From NCBI GenBank assembly GCA_026395675.1, contig JAPLYF010000084.1, positions 1 to 45,239 on the forward strand: a stretch of DNA of 45,239 bases, read 5' to 3'. This DNA is from Candidatus Parcubacteria bacterium (GTDB lineage Bacteria > Patescibacteriota > Patescibacteriia > CAIXNZ01). Numbering within the stretch: the stretch's first letter is position 1; the number at the start of each line of letters is the position of its first letter. A program made the translations under genes and the position numbers. Shown here piece after piece: positions 1 to 9,922 of the stretch. Below the pieces are notes generated by a model. The model searched no databases, had not been told where the DNA came from, and was given only the letters and a program-made list of their open reading frames with translations.

Positions 1-193
1 ATAGCCATAATTTCAATTTCTTTTTGGGTTTTATATATAATCATACGAAATTACGAATCTATTACAAATGTTACAAAAATTCCAACATATTGGCACTTTG
101 GTTTAATATTTTTTATTTGCTGAATATTTTACAAGGATACTTACCAAAGCGCCTCGCCAAAATATAATTTTGTATTATTTGTAGCACAATTTG

Positions 194-215
194 TCACAAA
201 GTGATCCCTTCGGGA
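194..215. repeat. 22-bp double-hairpin palindrome TCAC-AAA-GTGA-TCCC-TTC-GGGA
   Basis: Same element as 19970-19991 with a compensatory C>A/G>T change in stem 1. Confidence 0.75.
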
Positions 216-233
216 TAAATTTGCTGGGTATCA

Positions 234-875
234 TTATTTTATACCCTTGATCTTCAAAACTTTTATTAATCGTTTTAAAACCACTTGAATCGAAGCTTCA
301 CCATCAATTTTAATTAGCTTACCTTGTTTATGGTAATAGTCAAGCACTGGTTTTGTTTCCCGGCGATAAACTATTAACCTTTTTCTAATTGCTTTTGGAT
401 AATCATCAGCCCGCTGTATCAATTTGCCTCTGCATTTATCACAAATCATATCTTTTTTAGGCCGTTTTTTAATAATATTGTATGTTTCACCGCATTGACT
501 GCAGATACGACGGCCTCCCAATCTATTTAACGTTTCTCTTTGGTTTATGTTAATCAAAATTGCTAAATCGATATTGCGGATTTTGTTTAAAAATTTTGCC
601 TGGACTAAATTGCGAGGATAACCATCTATAATTACTCCCTTCTTATATTTTGATTTTATCAATTCTGCTTTCATCAAATTATTAGTCAAGTAGTTTGGCC
701 CCAAAACTCCTTTCTTTGTAAACTTTTCTGCTAGTTTACCTAGTTTTGTTTTTCTCTTAATATTTTCACGGTAAAGCGCTCCAGTAGAAACAGTGGAGAT
801 TTTTAATCTAGCTGCTAAAAATTCTGCTTGAGTACCCTTGCCTGACCCCTGAGGGCCTAGCATTACAATATTCAT
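234..875 (-). CDS. adk: Adenylate kinase
   Basis: GPQGSGKGT P-loop, IDGYPRN, zinc LID CxxC..CxxC; follows secY. Confidence 0.97.
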   Translation of the reverse strand: MNIVMLGPQGSGKGTQAEFLAARLKISTVSTGALYRENIKRKTKLGKLAEKFTKKGVLGPNYLTNNLMKAELIKSKYKKGVIIDGYPRNLVQAKFLNKIRNIDLAILININQRETLNRLGGRRICSQCGETYNIIKKRPKKDMICDKCRGKLIQRADDYPKAIRKRLIVYRRETKPVLDYYHKQGKLIKIDGEASIQVVLKRLIKVLKIKGIK

Positions 876-964
876 AGTTTAAAAATTTTAATTATAAAAA
901 TAAAAAGGGTAATTTCCCTTTTTATTATAACATATTTAGAAATTTAATCTTAAATCTTAATTTT

Positions 965-2239
965 TTATAACCCTTCGTACTGTCTCATGGTCAGTTGCGA
1001 TTCTATTTGCTTCACTGTTTCAATTACCACGCTGACCACGATTAAAATACTCGTGCCGCCAATCACCAAATTCATACCGCCGCTAAATTCCTGAATTATA
1101 AGAGGCAAAATAGCAATTAGTCCTAAAAATAAAGCGCCTATAAAGATTATGCGGTTAGTGACTTTGCCTAAATATTCTTCAGTATTCTTGCCTGGCCGGA
1201 TACCAGGAATAAAGCCGCCTTGTTTCTGCAGATTCTCAGCAATCTGTTGGGGATGAAAAACAACAGCCGTATAAAAATAGGTAAAACCAAAAACAAAAAC
1301 AAAATACAAGATACCATAAATTAAGCGGTTCTGGAATGTACTAATAATAAACTGCGCTGCACTTACCAAAAATTGCGATTTGGCATGCACAAAGAAATTG
1401 GCAACCATGGGCGGGAAGATTATCAATGAAATGGCAAAGATGATCGGAATCACACCAGCCATGTTAACTCTTAATGGCAAGTGTGTGCTCACGCCACCGT
1501 ACACTTTATTGCCCCTGATATGGCGGGCATAAGAAACAGGCACATTGCGAGTCCCTTCATTAATTATTACAACTCCGACAATAGTAATTAGAGCTATGAC
1601 AGCAAAAAGAATCACATTAATTATCTGAGCCGGATCAAAAACTGCAATCACCTGCTGTAAAGCCGACGGTAATCGATCAATAATGCCCACAAAAATTAAA
1701 AGTGAAATACCATTGCCGATTTTCTTTTCTGAAATCAATTCGCCCAGCCACATCATGAAGATTGTGCCAGCGCTCAAAGTTAAAATAGTTAAAAACAAAT
1801 TATAAGCTGATAAATCTTCAATGATCCGATAAGCTGATTGCTGTCTGAGCATCATAATCGTGCCATAACCCTGCAAGGCAGCTAAGGGCACAGTTAGAAG
1901 TCTTGTCCAATTATTAATTTTCTGATAGCCGCCTGGCTCTTTGGAAATTTCCTCCAAACGAGGGACAATCATGACCAATAACTGAAAAATAATTGAAGCA
2001 GTAATATAAGGGCCGACTCCCATGCCCACAATAGAAAATCTATCCATGCTGCCGCCAGAAAAAATGTTAATCAGACCAAAAATCTGATTAGAAGCGAAAA
2101 ATTCTTTAAGATTCTGGAGATTAACGCCAGGCACCGGAATATGGGCAGCAATACGGGCAATAAATAAAAGACCTAAAACATAAAGTATGCTTCTGCGCAA
2201 ATCTCTGATTTTAAAAAGTTGAGTAATTTTTTCTAGCAT
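965..2239 (-). CDS. secY: Preprotein translocase SecY
   Basis: GVGPYITASII, GIGNGISLLIF-like, FIPGIRPG, GGTSILIVV motifs. Confidence 0.98.
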   Translation of the reverse strand: MLEKITQLFKIRDLRRSILYVLGLLFIARIAAHIPVPGVNLQNLKEFFASNQIFGLINIFSGGSMDRFSIVGMGVGPYITASIIFQLLVMIVPRLEEISKEPGGYQKINNWTRLLTVPLAALQGYGTIMMLRQQSAYRIIEDLSAYNLFLTILTLSAGTIFMMWLGELISEKKIGNGISLLIFVGIIDRLPSALQQVIAVFDPAQIINVILFAVIALITIVGVVIINEGTRNVPVSYARHIRGNKVYGGVSTHLPLRVNMAGVIPIIFAISLIIFPPMVANFFVHAKSQFLVSAAQFIISTFQNRLIYGILYFVFVFGFTYFYTAVVFHPQQIAENLQKQGGFIPGIRPGKNTEEYLGKVTNRIIFIGALFLGLIAILPLIIQEFSGGMNLVIGGTSILIVVSVVIETVKQIESQLTMRQYEGL

Positions 2240-2724
2240 AATATTTTATTTTTTTCATCTTTTTCTTGACTGGCCTGGTCTCTCAAAATAACTTGACCGC
2301 CAGCCTTTTCCACTGCTGCTTTAGCCGAAGCAGAGATTGCACAACCCTTAATGATTAATTTTTTAGTCAATTTCCCTTCACCTAATATTTTTACTCCGGC
2401 TTTGCTACTTTTAACCAAACCATTTTCCACTAATCTGCCTGGAGTAATTATATCATTATTAGCAAATTTTTTTTCCAGATCTTTGAGATTGACCACCAAC
2501 TTCTTAGGCACTAAACTTCTAAATCCGCCCAGCTTGGGAATGCTTTGAATATTCGCCTTCATGCCTTTAAATTTTAAACCGCCAGTCCCGCCAGATCTGG
2601 CTTTCTGTCCTTTAGCGCCTCTGGTAGAATAAGTTCCGTGGCCAGAAGAATCGCCGCGTCCTATCCTTTTCTTTTTATGCTTAGCGCCAAGCGCAGGTTT
2701 TAAATTGTATAATTTTAATTCCAT
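2233..2724 (-). CDS. rplO: 50S ribosomal protein L15
   Basis: RIGRGDSSGHG..GQKARSG, KILGEG motifs; synteny. Confidence 0.97.
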   Translation of the reverse strand: MELKLYNLKPALGAKHKKKRIGRGDSSGHGTYSTRGAKGQKARSGGTGGLKFKGMKANIQSIPKLGGFRSLVPKKLVVNLKDLEKKFANNDIITPGRLVENGLVKSSKAGVKILGEGKLTKKLIIKGCAISASAKAAVEKAGGQVILRDQASQEKDEKNKILC

Positions 2725-2726
2725 AA

Positions 2727-3344
2727 TTACTCCTTTTTACTGATTAAACCCTTTAATTTATCGGTCAATGTTTTTTTACTGGTTTTATTTTTTTCTTTTA
2801 CCTCTTTCACTTGTTCTTTATTTTCCTCACTGGGTTTAATTATTTCTTCACTTAATATTTTTGCCTTTTGGGTCTTGGGACTTAATTTAAATTGCTGCAG
2901 TGCCATCATCATGGCTTTAATATTATTAATTTTATTATTCGAACCCAAAATTTTGGCAGTTATATTGGAAATACCAGCTAATTCACAGAAAATTCTGATT
3001 GGCCCACCTGCCTTTACGCCACTGCCCTTTTTGGCTGGTTTTAAAAGCAGCCGTGCTGATTTGAATTTTACTTTAATCTGATGGGGTATTGTTTCATTAA
3101 CCAAAGGCACTCGGATTAGATTCTTTTTGGCTTTGTTAAAGGCCTTGGTAACGGCCGCGGTCACATCAGCACCTTTGGCCACGCCATAACCGACTCTGCC
3201 CTTTTTATCGCCAATAGCTAAGCAGGCTCGGAATTTCATTCTTTTACCGCCGGCCATAACACGAGTCACCCTAGCTAAATCAATTACTCTTTGTTCAAAT
3301 TCTTCTTCTTTTTTAAATATTTCTCGATGGGTCTTTTTGGGCAT
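2727..3344 (-). CDS. rpsE: 30S ribosomal protein S5 with Lys/Glu-rich C-terminal tail
   Basis: RVTRVMAGGKRMKFRA..GDKKGRVG. Confidence 0.97.
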   Translation of the reverse strand: MPKKTHREIFKKEEEFEQRVIDLARVTRVMAGGKRMKFRACLAIGDKKGRVGYGVAKGADVTAAVTKAFNKAKKNLIRVPLVNETIPHQIKVKFKSARLLLKPAKKGSGVKAGGPIRIFCELAGISNITAKILGSNNKINNIKAMMMALQQFKLSPKTQKAKILSEEIIKPSEENKEQVKEVKEKNKTSKKTLTDKLKGLISKKE

Positions 3345-3361
3345 ATATAATAATTTAAAAA

Positions 3362-3721
3362 TTAAAATTCTAAACCTCCTTCGCGTGCACCTTCAGCCGC
3401 TGCTTTAACCCGGCCTAAATATTTATAGCCAGCCCTATCAAAAACAACTTTCTTGATCTTTTTAGCTAGAGCTTTTTGGGCTAATAATTTCCCGACCTCT
3501 TTGGCCTGCTCTGACTTTTTGCCTTTTTTGCCTTTCAATTCATTATCATTAGCCGCCACCAAAGTCTTGCCATTTTGATCATCAATCAATTGCAAATAAA
3601 CATGCTTTAAACTTCTAAAAACATTGAGTCGGGGTTTATCTTTTGTGCCCTGGATTTTGGCTCTTATTCTGTTTCGCCTCGTCTCCTTTAATTGTTTCTT
3701 GGTTTTTATTCTGTCTTTCAT
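3362..3721 (-). CDS. rplR: 50S ribosomal protein L18
   Basis: [30 protein letters not shown]. Confidence 0.97.
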   Translation of the reverse strand: MKDRIKTKKQLKETRRNRIRAKIQGTKDKPRLNVFRSLKHVYLQLIDDQNGKTLVAANDNELKGKKGKKSEQAKEVGKLLAQKALAKKIKKVVFDRAGYKYLGRVKAAAEGAREGGLEF

Positions 3722-3731
3722 AAATTTTATA

Positions 3732-4280
3732 TTAACCGGCTGCTTTAGCCGCGGTTTTGCCTGCCTTTTTACGAATTATTTCGCCAGCATACCTTATACC
3801 CTTGCCTTTGTAGGGTTCAGGTTTTCTAAGACGCCTGATTTGGGCTGCAATTTCTCCTACCTGCTGCTTATCAATGCCTGTCAGGATAATTATATTTTTA
3901 TCAACTGCTCCGGTTATGCCACTAGGTAAAGGGAAATCAATAGGGTGAGAAAAACCAAGATTTAAAATCAGTTTATTCCCCTGTAAATTTACTTTATAAC
4001 CGACACCGATCACTTCTAATTTTTTTTCATAACCTTCCCTCACGCCCTTAATCATATTCTTAATTAAACTGCCAAAGAGGCCCCAAAGGGCTTTTTGCTT
4101 TTTTTCTTTTGGCTCACTGACTGTAATTAATATTTTTTTGTCTTTCAGCTCAATTCGAACTAAGGGGTGAATTTTTTGCTTTAATTCACCTTTTGGCCCC
4201 TTAATTACAAGCTCGTTTTCTTTTATTTCAACCTTAATGTCATCGGGGATAATTATAGGTTTTTTGCCAATTCTGGACAT
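3732..4280 (-). CDS. rplF: 50S ribosomal protein L6
   Basis: [20 protein letters not shown]. Confidence 0.98.
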   Translation of the reverse strand: MSRIGKKPIIIPDDIKVEIKENELVIKGPKGELKQKIHPLVRIELKDKKILITVSEPKEKKQKALWGLFGSLIKNMIKGVREGYEKKLEVIGVGYKVNLQGNKLILNLGFSHPIDFPLPSGITGAVDKNIIILTGIDKQQVGEIAAQIRRLRKPEPYKGKGIRYAGEIIRKKAGKTAAKAAG

Positions 4281-4286
4281 AGTATT

Positions 4287-4345
4287 TGAATTATGAATTA
4301 CGAATTATGAATTCCGAAATCAGAATTTACATAATTTCATAATTC
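4287..4345. repeat. Inverted tandem heptamer repeats (YGAATTA)n / (ATAATTC)n
   Basis: tgaatta tgaatta cgaatta tgaattc ... ataatttc ataattc between rpsH and rplF. Confidence 0.6.
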
Positions 4346-4353
4346 GGCCTTCG

Positions 4354-4388
4354 CCGACCGAAGTCCCGCCTTGCGGGACGAAGGTCGG
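4354..4388. repeat. 35-bp hairpin element CCGACC-GAA-GTCCCGC-CTT-GCGGGAC-GAA-GGTCGG
   Basis: Read directly; family members at 28293 and 28564. Confidence 0.85.
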
Positions 4389-4406
4389 AATTCGGCTTTC
4401 GGATTT

Positions 4407-4802
4407 TTACCAAATTTCACACAATACCTCGCCGCCAACGCCCTTCCTCTTAGCTTCATTGCCTGTCATTAGGCCTTGCGAAGTAGAAATTATGACCAGG
4501 CCTAAATTATTTAAAACTCGAGGTATCTTATTTTTAGAAACATAAATTCGGCGACCTGGCTTACTTATCCTTTTTATGTTACTAATGGCCGACGCTTTAT
4601 TTTCATTATATTTTAAAATAATCTTGAGCTGAGGAAATTTGTCTTCTTCTATCTTTTCAAATTCAGCAATATAATCTTCATGTTTTAAAATTTTGGCAAT
4701 TTCAAACTTTAGAATTGAAAATGGTATCAAAACTTCAAGCTTTTTAACTGCCTGAGCATTTCTGATTCTTGTTAACATGTCAGCGATTGGATCTGTGATC
4801 AT
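4407..4802 (-). CDS. rpsH: 30S ribosomal protein S8 (start moved to ATG 4802)
   Basis: MITDPIADMLTRIRNA..GGEVLCEIW; the upstream ORF extension runs through a palindromic repeat. Confidence 0.96.
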   Translation of the reverse strand: MITDPIADMLTRIRNAQAVKKLEVLIPFSILKFEIAKILKHEDYIAEFEKIEEDKFPQLKIILKYNENKASAISNIKRISKPGRRIYVSKNKIPRVLNNLGLVIISTSQGLMTGNEAKRKGVGGEVLCEIW

Positions 4803-4824
4803 ATTTTTTAATAATTGAAAATTG

Positions 4825-4855
4825 TCCCGCGAAGCGGGATGCCGCCACTGCGGCA
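4825..4855. repeat. 31-bp double-hairpin palindrome TCCCGC-GAA-GCGGGA-TGCCGC-CACT-GCGGCA
   Basis: Two abutting perfect 6-bp stems in AT-rich spacer. Confidence 0.8.
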
Positions 4856-4881
4856 TAAATTTAAAATTTAAAATTAACTGG

Positions 4882-5067
4882 TTACCAGCTGCTTTTCCTA
4901 ATGCCTGGGATTTCTCCTTTTGAAGCTAGCTCCCGAAAACAAATGCGACAAATATCAAAATCTCGCATATAGCCATGCGCCCGCCCGCAACGCCAACAGC
5001 GTCTAACTATTCTGGTTGAATATTTGGGTTTTTTCCTGGATTTTGCAATTTGTGCAGCTGTCGCCAT
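4882..5067 (-). CDS. rpsN: 30S ribosomal protein S14, zinc-binding type Z
   Basis: 61 aa, RCWRCGR..ICRICFRE..PGIRKSSW. Confidence 0.97.
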   Translation of the reverse strand: MATAAQIAKSRKKPKYSTRIVRRCWRCGRAHGYMRDFDICRICFRELASKGEIPGIRKSSW

Positions 5068-5096
5068 AATTTTATTTATAAAATATAATTAATTTT

Positions 5097-5633
5097 TTAC
5101 TCCTTAAACGGAAAACCAAAAGCGACTAAAAGTGCCCTGCCTTCTTCTCTGCTTTTCGCTGTAGTCACAACTGCGATTTCTAAACCATGCAATTTCTCAA
5201 TCTCGTCAGCTTTAATTTCGGGAAAAGCCAAATGCTCTTTAATACCAATATTTAAATTGCCTCCTTGATCAATTGCTTTGGCTGTCAAACCTCGGAAATC
5301 GCGAACGCGCGGCAAAACAACATTAACTAATTTTTCCAAAAAATCATACATCCTCTGGCCTCGCAAAGTGACTTTCAGTCCAATGACCATGCCCTTCCTA
5401 ATTTTAAAATTAGATATCGATTTCTTTGCTTTTGTCTTAATTGGTTTCTGGCCTGTGATTCTCATCAGGGTGCTTTCCACATTATCAAGAAAATTGGCAT
5501 CTTTCAAGCTTTTGCCCAGACCCACATTTAAAACAACCTTTTCAATTCTTGGCACTTCTAAATCATTTTTAAGGCCGAATTGTTTTTTCAATTCTGGAAT
5601 TATTTTCTTTTTAAATTTTTCTTTGGGGGTCAT
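5097..5633 (-). CDS. rplE: 50S ribosomal protein L5
   Basis: VPRIEKVVLNVG, ITGQKP, LPRVRDFRG; ATG 5633 preferred over TTG 5645. Confidence 0.97.
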   Translation of the reverse strand: MTPKEKFKKKIIPELKKQFGLKNDLEVPRIEKVVLNVGLGKSLKDANFLDNVESTLMRITGQKPIKTKAKKSISNFKIRKGMVIGLKVTLRGQRMYDFLEKLVNVVLPRVRDFRGLTAKAIDQGGNLNIGIKEHLAFPEIKADEIEKLHGLEIAVVTTAKSREEGRALLVAFGFPFKE

Positions 5634-5637
5634 AATT

Positions 5638-5994
5638 TTAATCAATTAATTCCTTGCATTTGCTGCAGATTCTGACTTTTTGCCCTTTTTTCTCGCTGAG
5701 CTGGGGCAGTATTTTGCTTTTCACTCGAGCCGGCCGATTGCATTTTGGGCACATTATCATTAAATTGGAAATATTAAGAGGCGCCGGAAATTCAATTTTC
5801 TGGCCTTTTTCTCCTTGTCGCTTAGGTCTTAAATGTTTAATCGCCAAATTTATTCCTTCAACAGAAGCTTTATTGCGATCAAGAAAAATCTGCAAGACCT
5901 TGCCTTTTTTGCCTTTGTCCTTGCCAGCGATTACTTTTACTTTATCGCCTCTTTTAATTTTTCCGCCGTAGGCGGATCCCGCTTTGCGGGGCAT
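5638..5994 (-). CDS. rplX: 50S ribosomal protein L24 carrying a 10-aa repeat-derived insertion after Met
   Basis: KIKRGDKVKVIAGKDKGKKGKV KOW motif; alternative ATG at 6009. Confidence 0.95.
   Translation of the reverse strand: MPRKAGSAYGGKIKRGDKVKVIAGKDKGKKGKVLQIFLDRNKASVEGINLAIKHLRPKRQGEKGQKIEFPAPLNISNLMIMCPKCNRPARVKSKILPQLSEKKGQKVRICSKCKELID
5962..5991. repeat. 30-bp double-hairpin palindrome inserted in frame in rplX
   Basis: TCCGCC-GTA-GGCGGA-TCCCGC-TTT-GCGGGG; encodes PRKAGSAYGG between M and KIKRGD. Confidence 0.85.
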
Positions 5995-6024
5995 ATTCTT
6001 TTTTTTCATTATTGTAAAAATTAT

Positions 6025-6396
6025 TTATAATACTTCTGGCGCCAAGGAAATTATTTTAGTAAACCCTTTGCCTCTTAATTCTCTGGCCACCGGACCTAGG
6101 ATGCGTGTACCTTTTGGCTCTTTACTTTTAGGATCAATAATAACTGCGGCATTATCATCAAATCTGATATATGACCCGTCTTTACGCCTAGTTTCCTTTC
6201 TCGTCCTCACCAAAACAGCTTTAACAATATCACCCTTCTTTACCATGGAATGGGGGATTGCTTCTTTTACTGTGGCAGTAATAATATCACTCAGACGGGC
6301 ATATCTTTTTTTATAGCCGCCTAAGACCCTGATCACCATTATTTTTTTTGCTCCGGAATTATCAGCCAAATTCAAAATTGTTCGATGCTGTACCAT
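6025..6396 (-). CDS. rplN: 50S ribosomal protein L14
   Basis: [28 protein letters not shown]. Confidence 0.98.
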   Translation of the reverse strand: MVQHRTILNLADNSGAKKIMVIRVLGGYKKRYARLSDIITATVKEAIPHSMVKKGDIVKAVLVRTRKETRRKDGSYIRFDDNAAVIIDPKSKEPKGTRILGPVARELRGKGFTKIISLAPEVL

Positions 6397-6401
6397 ATAT
6401 T

Positions 6402-6701
6402 TTATTTAATCCCTTCGGGACTTGGCTTGGCCTGAGCAAGTCCTTTTGAGACAACCTTAATTAATCGCCATTTTTTTTCTTTGGAAAGTGGTCTGCATTC
6501 CTCAAAAATTACCTCATTACCAACATTGGCCGCTTGTTTTTCATCATGAACTTTATATTTTTTACTTATCTTATACTGTTTCTTATATTTAGGATGCATT
6601 TTCATTCTTGTAACTTTAACCACAATTGTCTTGGCCATTTTTTTGCTTATAACTTCACCGCTCAGTTTTCTTTTATTTTTTAGTATTTTTGCTTTTTCCA
6701 T
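6402..6701 (-). CDS. rpsQ: 30S ribosomal protein S17
   Basis: [27 protein letters not shown]. Confidence 0.97.
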   Translation of the reverse strand: MEKAKILKNKRKLSGEVISKKMAKTIVVKVTRMKMHPKYKKQYKISKKYKVHDEKQAANVGNEVIFEECRPLSKEKKWRLIKVVSKGLAQAKPSPEGIK

Positions 6702-6712
6702 ATTTAAATAAA

Positions 6713-6925
6713 TTATTTCTTAATTGCCTGTTGTTTTTGACTCATAAAAGTTAGAATTTGGGCAATTCTTTTTTTAATGCTTCTTATTTCTCTAACATTT
6801 TTCAATTGGTTCTGCGAAGCTTTGAATCTTAAATCTCTCAATTTTTCCCGATCCAAGGCCAATAATTTTTGCAGTTCAACAACTGATTTTAATTTTAATT
6901 CTTTTATTTCTTCCTTGATTTTCAT
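6713..6925 (-). CDS. rpmC: 50S ribosomal protein L29
   Basis: LRDLRFK..QLKNVREIRSIKKRIAQILT; synteny. Confidence 0.95.
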   Translation of the reverse strand: MKIKEEIKELKLKSVVELQKLLALDREKLRDLRFKASQNQLKNVREIRSIKKRIAQILTFMSQKQQAIKK

Positions 6926-6937
6926 AGCAAAATAAAA

Positions 6938-7351
6938 TTACTTTTTAGCAATAAATTTGGTTTTAACTGGCAATTTATAGCTAGCCAGCCGCATTGCTTC
7001 TTCAGCTTTTTCTAAACTTACTCCTTCCATTTCAAACATGACCGTGCCTGGCTTAACAATGGCCACGAAAAATTCTGGCGTACCTTTGCCTCCGCCCATG
7101 GGTACCTCTGCTCCTTTTTTTGTCACTGGCTTATCAGGAAAGATTCTAATCCAAACTCTACCGCCTTTTTTTAAAAAATGGGTTAGGCAGCGACGAGCAG
7201 CTTCAATTTGCCTGGCTGTGACCCAAGCGTGCTCCTGGGATTTCAGACCATAACTGCCGAAATTCAATTCTAAACTGGCAGAGGCCTTTCCTTTTCCTCT
7301 TTTTCTGCCTTTGTGCCATTTTCTAAATTTTACTCTTTTGGGCATGAGCAT
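6938..7351 (-). CDS. rplP: 50S ribosomal protein L16
   Basis: [26 protein letters not shown]. Confidence 0.98.
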   Translation of the reverse strand: MLMPKRVKFRKWHKGRKRGKGKASASLELNFGSYGLKSQEHAWVTARQIEAARRCLTHFLKKGGRVWIRIFPDKPVTKKGAEVPMGGGKGTPEFFVAIVKPGTVMFEMEGVSLEKAEEAMRLASYKLPVKTKFIAKK

Positions 7352-7368
7352 AAATCTATAAAAAACTT

Positions 7369-8037
7369 TTATTTATTACTTTTATTAAAAACTTCTCCCT
7401 TGTAAATCCATACCTTAACACCGATTTTACCATAAAGTGTCTGGGCCGCTCCCCGGGCATAATCAATATCCGCGCGTAAAGTATGTAGAGGAATCATGCC
7501 TTCACTCAGAACTTCTCGTCTGGCAATGTCAGCGCCATTAAGCCGCCCTGAAACATAAACCTTAATTCCCTTAGCCCCGGCTCGGCTGACGCGCGATATC
7601 GCCTGTTTCATTATTCGGCGAAAGGGTATTCTTTTTTCCAAATCAGCAATCATATTATCCAAAACAATCTGGGCATTCAAATTTGGCTTATCAATTTCCA
7701 TGATGTTTATCTTAAGATTGAGTTTACCCGGAAGTTTTGTCTCTTTTTTATTAAAGATATTTGTTAATAATCCTTTTTTTAATTCCTCGATTCCGGTTCC
7801 TGCTCTGCCAATAATTACTCCGGGCCTAGCCGCATAAATAATAATATTAATATTTTCAGCTGATCTTTCAATCTCAATTTTAGCCAGGCCAGCCTCTTTA
7901 ATCCTATTCTTCAAAAATTTACGGACTACTACATCCTGCTTTAAATATAATTTAAAATTATTCTTAGAAAACCATTTGGAATCCCAGCTTTTGGTAACCC
8001 CGATTCTAAAAATTTTCGGATTGACTTTTTGTCCCAT
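7369..8037 (-). CDS. rpsC: 30S ribosomal protein S3
   Basis: [29 protein letters not shown]. Confidence 0.98.
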   Translation of the reverse strand: MGQKVNPKIFRIGVTKSWDSKWFSKNNFKLYLKQDVVVRKFLKNRIKEAGLAKIEIERSAENINIIIYAARPGVIIGRAGTGIEELKKGLLTNIFNKKETKLPGKLNLKINIMEIDKPNLNAQIVLDNMIADLEKRIPFRRIMKQAISRVSRAGAKGIKVYVSGRLNGADIARREVLSEGMIPLHTLRADIDYARGAAQTLYGKIGVKVWIYKGEVFNKSNK

Positions 8038-8046
8038 ATATACTCT

Positions 8047-8113
8047 GAATATTAGAAATTAGATATTGGAAATTAGCTTAATGTTTCTAATTTCCAGTTT
8101 CAAATTCCCAATT
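8047..8113. repeat. Inverted tandem heptamer repeats (RGAWATT)n / (TCYAATT)n
   Basis: gaatatt agaaatt agatatt ggaaatt ag ... tctaatt tccagtt tcaaatt cccaatt. Confidence 0.6.
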
Positions 8114-8121
8114 AACCTGCT

Positions 8122-8637
8122 TTACGGCTGAAAATTTTCTTTATAAATCCCTTGGCTTTTTTCATTCTTTTCATGACCTTCCGGTTTGACTGCTTTTTCT
8201 TCTTTAATCCTTTCTGGCTTAATGATTTTTTCAATCTCTTTAGCTGATTTTACTTTAATTGGCTTTTCTTCTTTTTTGGCTTTCGCTTTTTTAACTTTGG
8301 TTGGAACCAATTCGTCTAAAATTATAACCAGATGACTCATCTTTTTCTGAATCGGCGTGGCTCTCCCATGCGCTCGCGGCTGCCATCTCTTAAGCATACC
8401 GGCCAGATCAGCCCTGATCTCTTTAATATATAAATTATCTTTTTTTAAATTAAAATTTTTTTCCGCATTAGCAATCGCCGAATTTAACAATTTTAAAACT
8501 GGCTGTTTCGCTGCTCGGCTGAGAAAATTTAACTGAGTAACAGCTTCTTCTGCTTTTAAACCCCGTATCAGATCAATAACCAGCCTAACCTTTTTGGGGG
8601 AAATTCTTAAATAACTTAATTTTGCTTTCACTTGCAT
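8122..8637 (-). CDS. rplV: 50S ribosomal protein L22 with C-terminal tail; possible frameshift near the 3' end (alternative stop 8112)
   Basis: RISPKKVRLV, SAIANAE, PRAHGRA. Confidence 0.96.
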   Translation of the reverse strand: MQVKAKLSYLRISPKKVRLVIDLIRGLKAEEAVTQLNFLSRAAKQPVLKLLNSAIANAEKNFNLKKDNLYIKEIRADLAGMLKRWQPRAHGRATPIQKKMSHLVIILDELVPTKVKKAKAKKEEKPIKVKSAKEIEKIIKPERIKEEKAVKPEGHEKNEKSQGIYKENFQP

Positions 8638-8654
8638 AAAAAAATAATAAATCT

Positions 8655-8957
8655 TTATTGTGCTGCCGTGGCTGCTTCACTTTTCTGAATATCTTTGGCC
8701 ATTTTGCCGCCATGGGAAATAAATTTCCTGGTGAGTGAAAATTCACCGAGCTTATGACCAACCATATTTTCCACAATGCTGACTGGAATATGCTCTTTGC
8801 CATTATAAACGCCAATTGTAAAACCAACCATTTCCGGTGTAATCGTACAAGCTCTATCCCAGGTTTTGATAAGTGTTTTATCGCCTGGCTTTAATTGAGA
8901 AATCTTTTTTAATAATTTCTCATTGACATACGGACCTTTTTTTAAACTTCTTGTCAT
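8655..8957 (-). CDS. rpsS: 30S ribosomal protein S19
   Basis: [18 protein letters not shown]. Confidence 0.98.
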   Translation of the reverse strand: MTRSLKKGPYVNEKLLKKISQLKPGDKTLIKTWDRACTITPEMVGFTIGVYNGKEHIPVSIVENMVGHKLGEFSLTRKFISHGGKMAKDIQKSEAATAAQ

Positions 8958-9038
8958 AGTTTTTATGTTAGCTAAACCACGAATTACGCAAAAATTAATG
9001 TTTTAAATGATAATAAGTTCATGATTATTCTTTTTACC

Positions 9039-9881
9039 TTAGACCCTTTTTTTTCTGCGATTAATAATAAATTTATCTGAATATTTTTGCGGCTTTCTAG
9101 TAGGAACGCCTAAAGCATGTTTGCCCCAGGGCGTTTTAGGATATTTCAAGCCAATTGGGTGCTTGCCTTCGCCACCGCCATGAGGGTGATCAACCGGATT
9201 CATTACTTTGCCTCTAACTGATGGACGAATGCCCAAATTCCTTATCCGACCCGCACTGCCCCATCTGATTGTCATAAATTCTGGATTGCTGGCTGTGCCG
9301 ATCGTAGCCAAGCATTCTTTTAAAACTTTTCTGACTTCACTTGAGGGCAATTTAATCAAAGCGTAATTGCCTTCCAGAGCCATGAGCTGAGCAGAATTAC
9401 CCGCCCCCCGCACCAATTGACCGCCTTTGCCGGGTGTTAATTCAATATTATAAACCCTTGTACCAACAGGAATTTTTTTCAAAGGCAGGGCATTGCCTGG
9501 ATTTATTTTAATTTCCTTTTCTTTAGTGGAAATAATTTCGGCTCCGACTTTTAAATCATTAGGAGCAATAATATATCTCTTTTCACCGTCTTGATACAAA
9601 ATTAAAGCCAAACGAGCTCCGCGATTGGGATCATATTCAATAGTTTTAACTAGACCAGGTACATCAAATTTGTCTCTCTTAAAATCAATAATTCTAATGT
9701 ATCTTTTCGCTCCGCCGCCGATATGCCTGACTGTAATCTTGCCAGTCACATTCCGACCGCCAGTTTTCTTTTTTATCAAAATCAATTTCTTTTGCGGCTT
9801 TTTGGCAGTCAGATCAGAAAAGTCATCAACACTGCTGTCTCGCCTGGCTGCGTCATTAGTTTTATATTTCTTAACTCCCAT
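9039..9881 (-). CDS. rplB: 50S ribosomal protein L2
   Basis: [20 protein letters not shown]. Confidence 0.98.
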   Translation of the reverse strand: MGVKKYKTNDAARRDSSVDDFSDLTAKKPQKKLILIKKKTGGRNVTGKITVRHIGGGAKRYIRIIDFKRDKFDVPGLVKTIEYDPNRGARLALILYQDGEKRYIIAPNDLKVGAEIISTKEKEIKINPGNALPLKKIPVGTRVYNIELTPGKGGQLVRGAGNSAQLMALEGNYALIKLPSSEVRKVLKECLATIGTASNPEFMTIRWGSAGRIRNLGIRPSVRGKVMNPVDHPHGGGEGKHPIGLKYPKTPWGKHALGVPTRKPQKYSDKFIINRRKKRV

Positions 9882-9922
9882 ATATCTTAATAATTTAAAA
9901 TTTAAAATTTAAAATTTCGATC

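Noticed and set aside
1..8. Start of next minus-strand gene (map expected after adk)
   Set aside because: Only an ATG and two codons are visible; cannot be identified.
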